A DNA stretch of 52,979 bases from Tubiluchus corallicola (taxonomy: Eukaryota; Animalia; Priapulida). The translations under genes and the position numbers were made by a program. The stretch spans positions 1 through 52,979 of the forward strand of contig JAQGDQ010001239.1 of assembly GCA_030141605.1 (NCBI GenBank), written 5' to 3'. Shown here piece by piece: positions 23,575 through 36,350 of the stretch; within the stretch, counting starts at the first letter, position 1, and each line of letters begins with the position of its first letter. The notes under the pieces are model-generated. The model was not told the origin of the DNA. It made no database searches and saw nothing but the letters and a program-made list of their open reading frames with translations.

Positions 23575-25139
23575 AAAAGGGGAATCCATCTTTATCCATT
23601 CACTGTTTGTACTTTTAGGTAGGCCTAATTCTGTCAAACCCTTGTACAAATATACAGTTAACTTTGGCTTTGAGATTCATGTACAGTAAATTTTCATTCA
23701 AACAGTAATATGTGTATAAAAGTGTACATGTTATATAAATTATTGTAACGTTAAATATTATTATAATCATTGCTATATTCTATCTGCTTTTATGGTTTAG
23801 GATTAGGGTTAAAAGTGTTTTGCAGTTTTTTTCTGTACAACCATGTAATAATAAAGTAATAAAAGAGAACAGTTATAAACAGTTATAAACAGATCTGTTT
23901 CGTCTCGAAGCAAATCCTCGGTCTCGTTGCTGACCATGTAATATGGTGATAAAGTATGAAACAACGGATTATATGCCAATGATAGAGGACCTTTTATAGA
24001 ATTTAGAGAACACGATTTTCATGAAACGGTTTTCATGTCAACAGTAAAATGACAACCTAGTGACGTATCTAGGCAGTTAAACAGAAATACCTAAAGCGCT
24101 CTGCAGACACCGTGGGTCTCAAAATCCTATCTCGTAAAATTTGAATTGAGTTCTGCAAAGAAACATTTCCAGTTTATCAAATTTTAAAATTATAAAAGTA
24201 AAAACAGCTACCCTTTTCGCGATCAGCAATCGATCATCTAGAACCTCACAAAAACGACTTTAATCGCACAGTCAGTCAAAGGAAAATGTCCAATTAACTG
24301 CAACTAAAACCGTTCAATTATTTAAAAGTTTGCCAATTATTCTGAGAATGTTTTTGCCGATACCTGGTCTTGTCGTGGGACTGGCTTGTTAACTTAAAAT
24401 GTTTCAAAAATTGATTGTAAGATGATCCTGTAAAAAGTTATATAAATAAAGAATAATCTCACACCACACGAGACTAATAACAGCAGAAAAATATTTCTGT
24501 ATGTTTGGACAAATGCAGAAAATAAAAAAGATAAATGGAAAGGTTTTCTGGCTAAAAAGCAAAATTTCTTTACATACCGCTTATGCATGATGAAAAATCC
24601 AAACCAAAGTCCTAGGTAAAATCCGAGGCTAAATCCGAGTCTGTTCAATCTGAAATTACCAAAAAATGAAGTGTTATTTACGGCTCGGTCAGCTAAAACC
24701 ATTTTAGCAATGTCAAGATTCTAACTGCACAGGATCTAGAGTTCGAATCGCACGAGTTTCATAACCATCCGATCATTTGTTACAGAAATACAAGAGAAAA
24801 ACCTATTGTGGACACTGGACGAACAGACACACGGACAGTAGGGTAATTTAAAATTTAAAAATTCAACAAGAAAATAGTCAAACTTACCAATTTAATGTCG
24901 CTCTTGAGAATAGCGTTATCTGAAAAACATAACAACTTTTAATTACATGCAATAAACGTTAACTTTCTTATAATTTTATAGCAACTCTAATGTTAATATA
25001 CAGGGTCAAAATCAGTAATAACGAATATGAAGTCTTGATGAACAAAAGGGGAATCCATTTTTATCCATTCACTGTTTCTGCTTTTAGGTAGGCCTAATTC
25101 TGTCAAACCCTTGTACAAATATACAGTTATCTTTAGCTT
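23575..25139 (+). repeat. Pair of ~96-bp direct repeats (23575-23670 and 25044-25139)
   Basis: aaaaggggaatccat...aggcctaattctgtcaaacccttgtacaaatatacagtta at both positions. Confidence 0.9.
24700..24860 (+). mobile_element. Decayed Helentron/HINE-like non-autonomous element segment
   Basis: agtttcataaccatccgatca...ggacgaacagacacacggaca resembles the AAGTTTCA..ATCCG plus (GACG/GACA)n module of DINE/HINE-type elements. Confidence 0.35.
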
Positions 25140-25417
25140 ATCAATAAACTAAGGTTTGTTACAAGTTTTTTTTACAGTAAATTCCCTATTATTTTAATTA
25201 TGTCTAAACTCCACAACCACTTCCGGAAGAGGTAGTACTTTAACAAAAACTAAAAGACAGTCGTGCTCTAGAATTCTTACTGTGGAATGAGAGACAGCTA
25301 CTTTCTTGAAAATCATTTAAGGGTTTTTTAGTTTTGCCGTCTCCCAGGAAACGAGAGATAGCCACGTTCTAGATAAGTGAAATGAAAGTTGTTCATACTT
25401 TGGAAACAAACCCATAA

Positions 25418-26012
25418 CCTCCCATGCCCTCTGTGTAATGAAATTCAGTCATGCTGTTAGAAGAGAGCCATGTCCTCCCATCCCCTCTGTGTAATGAAAT
25501 TCAGTCATGCTTTAGAAAGTCATGTCCTCCCATCCCCTCTGTGAAATGAAATTCAGTCATGCTTTAGAAAGCCATGTCCTCCCATCCCCTCTGTGTAATG
25601 AAATTCAGTCATGCTTTAGAAAGTCATGTCCTCCCATCCCCTCTGTGAAATGAAATTCAGTCATGTTTTAGAAAGCCATGTCCTCCCATCCCCTCTGTGT
25701 AATGAAATTCAGTCATGCTTTAGAAAGCCATGTCCTCCCATCCCCTCTGTGAAATGAAATTCAGTCATGCTTTAGAAAGCCATGTCCTCCCATCCCCTCT
25801 GTGAAATGAAATTCAGTCATGCTTTAGAAAGCCATGTCCTCCCATCCCCTCTGTGAAATGAAATTCAGTCATGCTTTAGAAAGCCATGTCCTCCCATCCC
25901 CTCTGTGAAATGAAATTCAGTCATGCTTTAGAAAGCCATGTCCTCCCATCCCCTCTGTGTAATGACATTCAGTCATGCTTTAGAAAGCCATGTCCGCCCA
26001 TCCCCTGTGTGA
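25418..26012. repeat. 52-bp minisatellite, about 11 copies
   Basis: aatgaaattcagtcatgctttagaaagccatgtcctcccatcccctctgtg[a/t] repeated. Confidence 0.98.
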
Positions 26013-26433
26013 AAGGGAACACAGTTATCCCAACAAAGTATATGTTAAAGGGAAAGTCTACATTTTTCGTGAAACTTCTATTGTATATAAATACATTTTT
26101 TTACTGGTTGAATCAATATTAATAGTTATTAAAATAAGGAGGGAACAAGGTTGGAGTGGGATGGACAGCCTGCAGTCTCCTCCCGGCCCATCTTTCCTTT
26201 CCTTGACAAGCGCCTGAAGTTCCTTCATTTCCTTTTAAGTGTTCCCGTTATCTTTAAAAGAAATATTTCGTAGAATTTGCTAAACTCCACGCTGTACTGA
26301 AAAAGTTCTAACCAGAAATTTGTTACCACAATTCACGATTTTAACTTCAAGTGCTTCCCAAAAGTACACTGAGTTCTGACATTGAGCTATTAACCTCTGA
26401 TTCTACTTACGAACTAATATGGTTCAGAACCTT

Positions 26434-26520
26434 AGTGGTATGCATTCTGTACATGCAAGTTTATACTTCTATGCATAGCGCGCGTGTATAGAAGTATGTA
26501 CATGTACAGTGTATATCGCT
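26434..26520 (+). other. 87-nt hairpin-forming sequence
   Basis: Stems agtggtatgca/tgtatatcgct, ctgtacatg/catgtacag and atacttctatgcat/gtgtatagaagtat; 5 G-U pairs on the + strand. Confidence 0.6.
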
Positions 26521-26635
26521 ACTGTACAGAACAAACTTTCAGTAAAGACAGACAAGGCCTAGGCATTAACTGACTGACAGTTTCTTTTCACTAACATACT
26601 GTGAGTACTTGAGGGAAGCATATATTATTATACAG

Positions 26636-26999
26636 TTTAAAGTACTGTACAAAAAATTCTGCGGTTTAAAGAACTGTATAGAAAGTTATGCGGTTTAAAG
26701 AACTGTACAGAAAGCTATGCGGTTTAAAGAACTGTACGAAAAGTTCTGCGGTTTAAAGAACTACAGAAAGCTATGCAGCTTAAAGAACTGTACAGAAAGC
26801 TATGCAGTTTAGAGAACTGTACAAAATGTTCTGCGGTTAAAAGAACTACAGAAAGCTATGCAGCTTAAAGAACTGTACAAAAAGTTATGCGGTTTAAAGA
26901 ACTGTACAAAAAGTTATGCCGTTTAAAGAAGAACTGTACAGAAAGTTCTGCGGGTTTAAAGAACTGTACAGAAAGTTATGCAGCTTAAAATACTGTACA
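26636..26999. repeat. ~29-bp minisatellite, about 12 copies
   Basis: tttaaagaactgtacagaaagttatgcgg repeated with variants. Confidence 0.95.
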
Positions 27000-27799
27000 G
27001 TGATTTCAAATTTTTATGCAGATCATTTAGATCCCTGTTCAAAAGTAACTTCCTATATTTGGTCCATTACCTTAACTAATAATTCAAAACCTGATTCACC
27101 CCCCAGCCTAACCTTGTTAATTGCAGGCCTTTCACAAATTATTTAATAATACTTTAGTCTAATATTTGCAAAATCCATTTTTATTTTTGTAAAGCATTTC
27201 ATTTATAAGCTTTTTGGGCTGTGACTAGCAAGTATTTTAGCTGACTGGTTGTGCCGCCTGGTGTTTGCTTTTTGTTGAACTAGCTTTAGGGCGAAATTAG
27301 TAATCTTGGCAATTGAAGTGCAGTTAACCTGAGCTAACGCTAGAAAGTAGTTAGATGAGTGACCACTACTAAAATCACATACGCTAAAACATGGCTGACT
27401 TTGTTTAGGAATTGAAATTTTATAGAGTAAAGACTAGATAGCACACGGATAAGTCGTCGCTACTAAAATCATATTAGCCAAAACATGGCTGACCTAGTTT
27501 AGCAATCGAAGCTAGAGACCCGATAGTAAATGAATGGGTGACCATATCAAAATCACAGTTCACCTTCCTGGTCCAATGTCTACGCTTAGATAATTAGTTT
27601 TCATAAAGAGTCTAGTTGTAGTCCCTCCACAACAACATGACCTTGCAGTTGAATGCAAAAATATCCCTAATCTTAAACTCCTGTCTCTTAAGCAGCAGAC
27701 TAAATCTGGCAAAGCCATTTGAAGTTAATTTCTTGTCAGGCTTCAGTGTTGATTATTTTCAATTTAATCAATTTAATTTTGATTCTACAATCGTTAACG

Positions 27800-28910
27800 A
27801 AGCTTTTTTCTGTGCTATAATTTTTTGGTACTTTTTCAATGCCGATAACTTTCAATTTTATCCACTGCAATTTCAATCGTTCAATCTTTAATGGAGTGTT
27901 TGTATGTTCTATAATTGTTGGTACGAGTTCAATACCGATAACTTCCAATTTTCTCCACTGCAATTTCAATCATTCAATCTTTAATGGAGTTTTTGTATGT
28001 TCTATAATTTTTGGTACGAGTTCAATACCGATAACTTCCAATTTTATCCACTGCAATTTCAATCGTTCAATCTTTAATGGAGTTTTTGTATGTTCTATAA
28101 TTTTTGGTACGAGTTCAATACCGATAACTTTCAATTTTATCCACTGCAATTTCAATCGTTCAATCTTTAATGGAGTGTTTGTATGTTCTATAATTGTTGG
28201 TACGAGTTCAATACCGATAACTTCCAATTTTATCCACTGCAATTTCAATCGTTCAATCTTTAATGGAGTTTTTGTATGTTCTATAATTTTTGGTACGAGT
28301 TCAATACCGATAACTTCCAATTTTATCCACAGCAATTTCAATCGTTCAATCTTTAATGGAGTTTTGTATGTTCTATAATTGTTGGTACGAGTTCAATACC
28401 GATAACTTCCAATTTTGCCCACGGCAATTTCAATCGTTCAATCTTTAATGGAGTTTTGTATGTGCTATAATTGTTAGTACGAGTTCAATACCGATAACTT
28501 TCATTTTTATCCACAGCAATTTCAATCGTTCAATCTTTAATGGAGTTTTGTATGTGCTATAATTGTTAGTACGAGTTCAATACCGATAACTTTCATTTTT
28601 ATCCACAGCAATTTCAATCGTTCAATCTTTAATGGAGTTTTTGTATGTTCTATAATTGTTGGTACGAGTTCAATACCGATAACTTCCAATTTTATCCACT
28701 GCAATTTCAATCGTTCAATCTTTAATGGAGTTTTTGTATGTTCTATAATTGTTGGTACGAGTTCAATACCGATAACTTCCAATTTTATCCACTGCAATTT
28801 CAATCGTTCAATCTTTAATGGAGTTTTTGTATGTTCTATAATTTTTGGCACGAGTTCAATGCCGATAACTTTCAATTTTGTCAACAATCGTTCATCTTTA
28901 ATGGAGTTTT
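27800..28910. repeat. 93-bp minisatellite, about 12 copies, with diverged flanking units
   Basis: gtacgagttcaataccgataac at 27921, 28014 and onward; degenerate units continue to about 29050. Confidence 0.98.
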
Positions 28911-29665
28911 GAACGTGCAATCTCGTTCAAATATTTTGAATATTGCAATCTTTAAATAGCGGCTGTTTTCTGTACCGTTATTGTTGGTACAGTTTCAATG
29001 CCGACTGTTACGTTCAACTTTATCAAGCAGTTTTAACTGTGCAATCTTTCATAACGTGCATTTCTCCATATGTCATGACAGGAGTTTTTCCCTGATGCCC
29101 TGGCATTTTTGAAATATTCTAGTTTCGGTACTGTTTACCTTCGTCATTGTCATGTCACTTTATGTGATATATTAGCAGTAGTTGCCACCACTTTGTTATC
29201 AGTTTTACTTGTTTGCTGCTTTAGTACTGATTAATAATCAGTGATTATGTTCAATTTCATCAAGACAATTCTTTAAAATATTCAGTTTCTCTCTTATAAG
29301 GCATTTGTTGTCGCCTTGATGGCAGTTTTTTCGTTACTATCACATCATTTTTGTTTTTTCGTTACTATCGAATCATTTTATGTGGCACGTTGATGATGGT
29401 AGTTTCCATCACTGTTCTATAACATCCATCACTATACTGTAACATAGCTATGTATAATGTTACTCGATGAATCTGTAATGTGATCTTAAAAGCTCTACTA
29501 CAATCTCATTTCATATGGAATCTATCACTACATTTTTTTCATGAACCAGTAATGTTAATTTCCATCATTTTGTCATACAAAGATTTGTTCATCCTTTCCC
29601 AGCATATGAGGAATAATGGCTGAATGTTTCTTCTATGAAAATAATTGCTATTATGACGCACAACC

Positions 29666-29789
29666 TTGTATATAGTCAAGCTGTTATTTTGACTATAGGC
29701 ATCAAGTTTGCCACCTTGCATAATTAAAATCTTGTATATAGTCAAGCATTTATTTTGACTATAGGCATCAAGTTTGCCACCTTGCATAA
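29666..29789. repeat. 65-bp tandem duplication
   Basis: cttgtatatagtcaagc...gccaccttgcataa twice. Confidence 0.9.
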
Positions 29790-29966
29790 ATTAAAGATGT
29801 TGCCTAATGTTGTAACCATGGCTGTCCATGTATAGATAACGTTTGAATATACAATCAATTAAATATGGCTGAAATATGTGTCGCCATGTTATTAAAAATT
29901 AGCTTCCCACCGCCTGGTCACTATCGGCATGGGAGGGGGATCAATTCTAATATGAACACTTTTGAC

Positions 29967-30091
29967 GCTTCGAATCATTAAAACGTTTTGAGCGTACTTT
30001 AAACAATTACGCTTCTTAATTATAGAACCATTGGTGCTTCAAATCATTAAAATGTTTTGAGCGTACTTTAAACAATTACGCTTCTTAATTA
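29967..30091. repeat. 69-bp tandem duplication
   Basis: gcttc[g/a]aatcattaaaa...acgcttcttaatta twice. Confidence 0.9.
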
Positions 30092-30442
30092 AAGCACCAG
30101 AAATAGAAATTATTATTAATGATTATTGTTTTCAATCCCCCTCCCCCTGCTCCTCAGAAAATTCCTCCTCATCGGCTCGGTAACTGCCGCCTCACAAACA
30201 TCCAGCATCATCAGCATCGTGGTCACTGTCTTATAAATAGTTAGTTTTTTTTGCACAACTTGTATACGATACAGTGCAAGTAACTTAACATACTGTAGCT
30301 ATATACATTAATAGAATATAGTGCAGCTTGTATGATATATTGTTGTTTGTTGAAGGTTGCAGTTTCTAGAAATATCACAGCTTATAGGATGTGTTACAGT
30401 TAATACAATATACAGCAGTATATATATATACTACGATATATT

Positions 30443-30938
30443 GCTACGATATATTGCAGTTAACAGAATATTGCAGCATATAGTGTATGTTACCATTAAT
30501 AGAATATACTGCAGTTGCTACGATATATTGCAGTTAACAGAATATTGCAGCATATAGTGTATGTTACCATTAATAGAATATACTGCAGTTGCTACGATAT
30601 ATTGCAGTTAATAGAATATTGCAGCTTATAGGACGTGTTACCATTAATAGAATATACTGCAGTTGCTACGATATATTGCAGTTAACAGAATATTGCAGCA
30701 TATAGTGTATGTTACCATTAATAGAATATACTGCAGTTGCTACGATATATTGCAGTTAATAGAATATTGCAACAGAATATTGCAGCTTATAGGACGTGTT
30801 ACCATTAATAGAATATACTGCAGTTGCTACGATATATTGCAGTTAACAGAATATTGCAGCATATACTGTATGTTACCATTAATAGAATATACTGCAGTTG
30901 CTACGATATATTGCAGTTAATAGAATATTGCAGCTTAT
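30443..30938. repeat. 74-bp composite minisatellite, about 6.7 copies, built from ~18-bp subunits
   Basis: gctacgatatattgcagttaacagaatattgcagcatatagtgtatgttaccattaatagaatatactgcagtt repeated. Confidence 0.95.
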
Positions 30939-31609
30939 GGGATATGTGACAATTAATAGAATATATTTAAGCATATATTGCACTTTAGAATACAATGCAT
31001 TGCAGAAAATTTGTGTTGAATATCAACTTTAAATGCACTTTTATATTTTATATTAAAAAATCCGAGAAACTGTAATGTATCCGCTGATGATGCTGAAGCT
31101 CTAAATTGCAAATAGCAATTAACGTTCAAATTGAAATGTAATTCTCCAAACCTCCCGAGAGAAGTTTGGGTCACCTTGCACTGGCTTTTGACTTGGCACA
31201 TTCTCACAGTACAAAGCTGTCTTGCACTGGCTTTTAACTTGCCAACATTGAAATAAATATTTTTGCTCATAACCTCCAAAGAGAAACTGCGTTAGCTTTT
31301 TGCTGACATTAAAATGAATATTTTTGCTCATAACAGGAGAAGTTGAATCTTGAACTTGTTCGCAATGTCAGAATGAGCATTTTTGAACATCAAAAAAATG
31401 TTCAGTTGAACATATTTGGAACGTTTTGAACGTTTTTTCTACATATATTTTAATGAACATAATAGTAATCATAACAAAAATACGGAGTCCTCCATGGGTC
31501 CAGTTACCGAGCCTTCATAAGTACATAATATAGCAGCTTAACTCTTAGTATAACCACTGCTATAACTACAGAATTATGTAAATATGTAAATACAGAAGTT
31601 TTTTGAATA

Positions 31610-32222
31610 TTGTTTGATGAAATTGGAGTTTTTTTGACTTTTTTCTCCATTGTAAATAAATGGTTTGATGAAATGATTTGACTTGTTCTTGAAATGTAAA
31701 TTGGAGTTTTTTACTTTTTTCTCCATTGTAAATAGTTTGATGAAATGATTTGACTTGTTCTTGAAATGTAAATTGGAGTTTTTTTACTTTTTTCTCCATT
31801 GTAAATAGTTTGATGAAATGATTTGACTTGTTCTTGAAATGTAAATTGGAGTTTTTTACTTTTTTCTCCATTGTAAATAGTTTGATGAAATGATTTGACT
31901 TGTTCTTGAAATGTAAATTGGAGTTTTTTTACTTTTTTCTCCATTGTAAATAGTTTGATGAAATGATTTGACTTGTTCTTGAAATGTAAATTGGAGTTTT
32001 TTTACTTTTTTCTCCATTGTAAATAGTTTGATGAAATGATTTGACTTGTTCTTGAAATGTAAATTGGAGTTTTTTTACTTTTTTCTCCATTGTAAATAGT
32101 TTGATGAAATGATTTGACTTGTTCTTGAAATGTAAATTGGAGTTTTTTTTACTTTTTTCTCCATTGTAAATAGTTTGATGAAATGATTTGACTTGTTCTT
32201 GAAATGTAAATTGGAGTTTTTT
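31610..32222. repeat. 72-74-bp minisatellite, about 8 copies
   Basis: tgtaaatagtttgatgaaatgatttgacttgttcttgaaatgtaaattggag(t)nacttttttctccat; copies differ mainly in T-run length. Confidence 0.98.
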
Positions 32223-32453
32223 ATGTTTACTCATGTAATGTTAGTATGTTTGCTTAACCCTTGTAGGGTCACGATTCCCTGCCCCCCCACACCATAATTG
32301 CTTATTGCTTGGATATTTTTCGTTGTGTATTGTAAATAAACAATTTTTGTATTTAAACAAATCAGATATTTTTATTCTGCTTGTATACTCCCATAAATGA
32401 TGTTTAAACTAAATGTATAATTGCAGGAAAAACGATGTATTAACGAGAACACA

Positions 32454-32632
32454 CAACATTTTAACAACGCATTTAATAACGCACCACAGGCAGTTGCTGG
32501 GTCAGCTTTTCAACAACATTTTAACAACGCATTTAATAACACACCACAAGCAGTTACTGAGTCAGCTTTTCAACAACATTTTAACAACGCATTTAATAAC
32601 ACACCACAAGCAGTTACTGGGTCAGCTTTTCA
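32454..32632. repeat. 60-bp tandem repeat, 3 copies
   Basis: caacattttaacaacgcatttaataac...gtcagcttttca x3. Confidence 0.96.
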
Positions 32633-32919
32633 TAAGATCCATATTAAAAAAAGATCGATTATTACACGTTTACGGCTAAAACATTTGATAATAAAAAAGT
32701 AAACAATGACAATGTATTGCATGTTGTGAAAATGGGTGGAGGTGGTACGTTTTGTTTGCTGTTTTCACGCTTGCTTACTCGTCTGTTTAATTCTTTGCTT
32801 ACTGACTTTTTACTGTTTCGAAGTTTAATCCAGGTTGTGGCGTTGGCCAGTGCTGCTCGGTCACCTGTACCTGCTGCGCTTCCCATCCAGTTTGTGGCCT
32901 TGGGCAGTGTTGCTTAATC

Positions 32920-35116
32920 ACCAAAACCAAAAGCTTTACATTCCCGCCACAGATGCCGCCTCGTGCACGAATTTGTAAGTAAGATTAACAAAAAAAGGCT
33001 AAGTCTGGTACACAATCCTTCTATGCTTTTATACTTTATCAAAACACTAAATATTCGATTGTGAAAGAATGTTTGTTAACTAAAGCCAGGTTTGTGGCAT
33101 TTCAAACAGGTTTGGTTTCAATCTTTCTCTGACAGTAAATTAAACCAGTTTTAAATATCCAATTGTGAGTGAGTGTGAACATAGTACCCTCGACCTGAGA
33201 CCCTCAACTAGCAACAATGCGCGTTTATTCAAGTAGTGTTTTGATCTTCAATGTTGTTCTTTTGTCTTTTGCAGTATAACCTCTTCCACCGTACGAACAA
33301 CTACCAGTAGTCCTACCGCAGCCGGCCGCCATTGTTGTCGTACATTTACAAATATAATTAATTACATATTTACAATACATACATACATGAATATAATAAC
33401 AATACAATACAATACAATATAATATAATACAGAAATGACAATTATTAACTTAAATAATTATACTTGAAAGTGCCAAACAATTATTTCTATATAATTAATC
33501 CTCCATCATAAACGTTGAAATTTCATTTAATTCAGTCAAGGTACAAAAAAGAGAAATCTCTTGCTTTTATTGAATTTAAAATATTCACGGCCGGAGTTTG
33601 ATCTTCAGTTAGTTTGCGTTCCTCTTTAAATATGTCCGATGGTTACGTTAATTACGTTGTGGACTTAATATTTAATTGTAATTTCTTCATTTGGTTGCAT
33701 TAGGCAGATGGACGCAAAGCATTAAAATCATCATATAGTTAAGCACATACACGTGACAGTCTAACATTTCCTGTTGTTCATCTACTACGCTGCCGGCTTA
33801 TAAGATACCTCACCTTCTTGCACGTGCTTTCGTTATTGTACTGCCCTCTGTTAGCGGCAAATATAGTTAATAAAACAAAATATTCATGGCCTTTTGCGCT
33901 TCAGTTGAAGTAATATTTTTGGAAACTACACGTGACAACATTCTCATGTTTTAGTTCCTTTATAAAAATTACGAAAAACTTATTCAATGAAAAGTAAAAT
34001 ATATAAATAAGTAAAATAATTCACAGTATGCTCGACCTTAGGAGTACTGATACAATATTTTTATAAAAAAGCAACACATTTATCGTAAACAATCAACATA
34101 ATAATGTACTTTTTATTTCCAAAAATGATACATAAAATTTTAAACTATAACAAAAACAAGCAGGGCATGTATCACAAATTTTGAGTCAAATTCTCTGCAG
34201 AATTTTGTCTTTAACCTCTATGCATTTAAAACTTGCTACCGCTTCACCTGATAAATAGGTTTTCTTTGACCTCTAATTTGACAATTTTCTGGATTTAATG
34301 AGAGAATTACAGGTGTGCCAACATGAGAGCGGATGCTCTCCTTCTCAATAACTCCTCGTGGAGGCAGCTTTTTGGCAGGAGCACTTTCGGTTTTCCGTCC
34401 GGACGCCGGCATAGAGTACATGGAGTTATAAAGCTTTGCTTTCTGGCCTGCTATGAAGATAACACCCTAGGATGGAAACAGATCATCGAAAAAGTTCAAA
34501 AATCTGTAGTTTTTTGCGTCTATGTGCTGAAGAGAAAAGTTGTCATCCTTGTGAAATAAAAGTAAAGAAACAATCGTATAAGCCAAAGAACATGACTGAC
34601 ATACACTGTATGCAGTTGTCAAATTCTTAATGTAGCAACTTAGCAAGGATGACATCAATTTGTTAAATAGCTCACAATAACCAATTTAATAACCCGTTTA
34701 AATTTAAATTTAAATTTAATTATTATTTAAATTATTGTTGGATATTTATTTAGCAAACTGGTGCAACTTTAATGCAAAAAAAATCAAATTTTGAAATAAG
34801 AGTTAAACATATCGTACTACATGCATGCTGTTACTTAATGAACAACATTTTATTAGCACTTTGTTGTAGTCACAGCAACACTGTCAACAGAGGTTAATAG
34901 CACTGAATGCTTTATTGTAACGTAATCAGTACATAAATGTCCAACATATCCCATAAAGTGGATTAACCTGACTGTTCAGAGCACAGGTGAGTAAAACAGA
35001 CAGGTGACTAGCAGGTGAAAAACTGACCAAAACCAAAAGCTTTACATTCCCGCCACAGATGGCGCTTCGTGCACGAATATGTAAGTAAGATTAACAAAAA
35101 AGCTAAGTCTGCTACA
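32920..35116 (+). repeat. Pair of ~92-bp direct repeats (32920-33012 and 35026-35116)
   Basis: accaaaaccaaaagctttacattcccgccacagatg...gctaagtctg at both positions. Confidence 0.9.
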
Positions 35117-35963
35117 TTTATACTTCAGCAGACATAATGCAGTTTTTGGATAATTCCATAGCATTTATAATTGAAATCACTGACTGGGATTATTTAAACT
35201 GACATTCTTATAAATGAACGTTTTTAAATCAAAGAGAAATACACTTCGTCTTGGATTTTTAACATTTAAATCTACAGCATTTTTTATTAAAAACCTGGAA
35301 TAATAGAACTCTATTAATAATAAATAACTGAAGCAGCTAAAGTAATGCACAGAATCCGTGCCGTTGCTACAGTGTAAAGCTGATATAAAGTTTTTTAAAA
35401 CCAAAAGGATAAAACGTCATTTTATACAGTTGCATAATCAAGAAAATGCAAATATAGCAAATAAAAGATGGCGCTTTACTGGCTACCAGTGTTTAGGTCA
35501 GTCGAAGCTTCACATTCAGTAAAGCTTCATTCACATTCAAAATGCAAGCACAAAATACTGAAAGTCGGTTTTGCACCTGAATAATTGTGTGATTATATAT
35601 CAGTAACTGATTTTATATCACTTTGCACATGACAATTGTGATATATAACAGTTGTTACCCTGTAGACGAAGCAGAAAGATCTATCCTGTCAAGTTCCACC
35701 TAAACCAACCTCAACTGATTTGAATAAATGAAATACACTAAATGAAACCGTTGTTACACTTGTACAATGAACATGAACACAACAGTAGGTTTAACTAAAA
35801 TACATCGTATTGTGAATTAAACCTGGAATAAAGAGTGTACTGGACAGTGACTTATATGACACTTTATGACTTTTATATATATACATATCTTATTTTATAT
35901 GACAGTGACTTATATGACTTTTATGTTTATATGACAGTTTTATATTCATAAAATATGCAGCAA

Positions 35964-35973
35964 TTTATTTATT
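35964..35973 (-). terminator. Overlapping AATAAA polyadenylation signals of the lectin gene
   Basis: tttatttatt on + strand, about 140 nt downstream of the TAA at 36109. Confidence 0.5.
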
Positions 35974-36108
35974 TACATATCTGTATTCTTAACAGAATAA
36001 ACAACTAATGTACACATTTATGTCTGGACTTGATGTTTGGAATGGAGTGTTTGAGCATTCTTGGTCACTCTTGAAGAAATGTGTCATGCATGCTACAAAG
36101 AGTTTGCC

Positions 36109-36350
36109 TTAGTTGGCATTAGATTCACAAAGGAAGGCAATCTGACGAGAACAAGGTGTATCGTTCCAATCATAATTGAATCCCAAAAGATCGTCCTTTC
36201 TGATTTCTGCACAGTGCTCACCAATATGCTGATTGTTAGGCTCCCCACGTTTAACCCAGCCACCAAATAACAAGCGATGTCCATTAGAAATCCATATCCA
36301 GTGTCCTTCATGAAGATGATCTGTTCCGCCAATCCAGGTGTTAGAAGAAC
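36109..36350 (-). CDS. C-type lectin (perlucin-like), last coding exon
   Basis: SSNTWIGGTD...WIW...GEPNN...EHCAEI...WNDTPC...FLCE: canonical CTLD WIG, EPN, WND and Cys pattern; acceptor ctcatag| at 36351; TAA at 36109-36111. Confidence 0.93.

Larger units (their letters stand above)
27014..29887 (-). pseudogene. Possible long decayed intronless ORF hosting the 93-bp array
   Basis: aacATGgcg start at 29887; protein-like segments (HRRNIQPLFLICWERMNKSLYDKMMEI; NEIVVELLRSHYRF; ITNFALKLVQQKANTRRH) broken by stops and frameshifts; no family recognised. Confidence 0.35.

Noticed and set aside
3903-32632. Regularly spaced repeats resembling CRISPR arrays
   Set aside because: Units are head-to-tail with no unique spacers, no cas genes are present, and the context is eukaryotic
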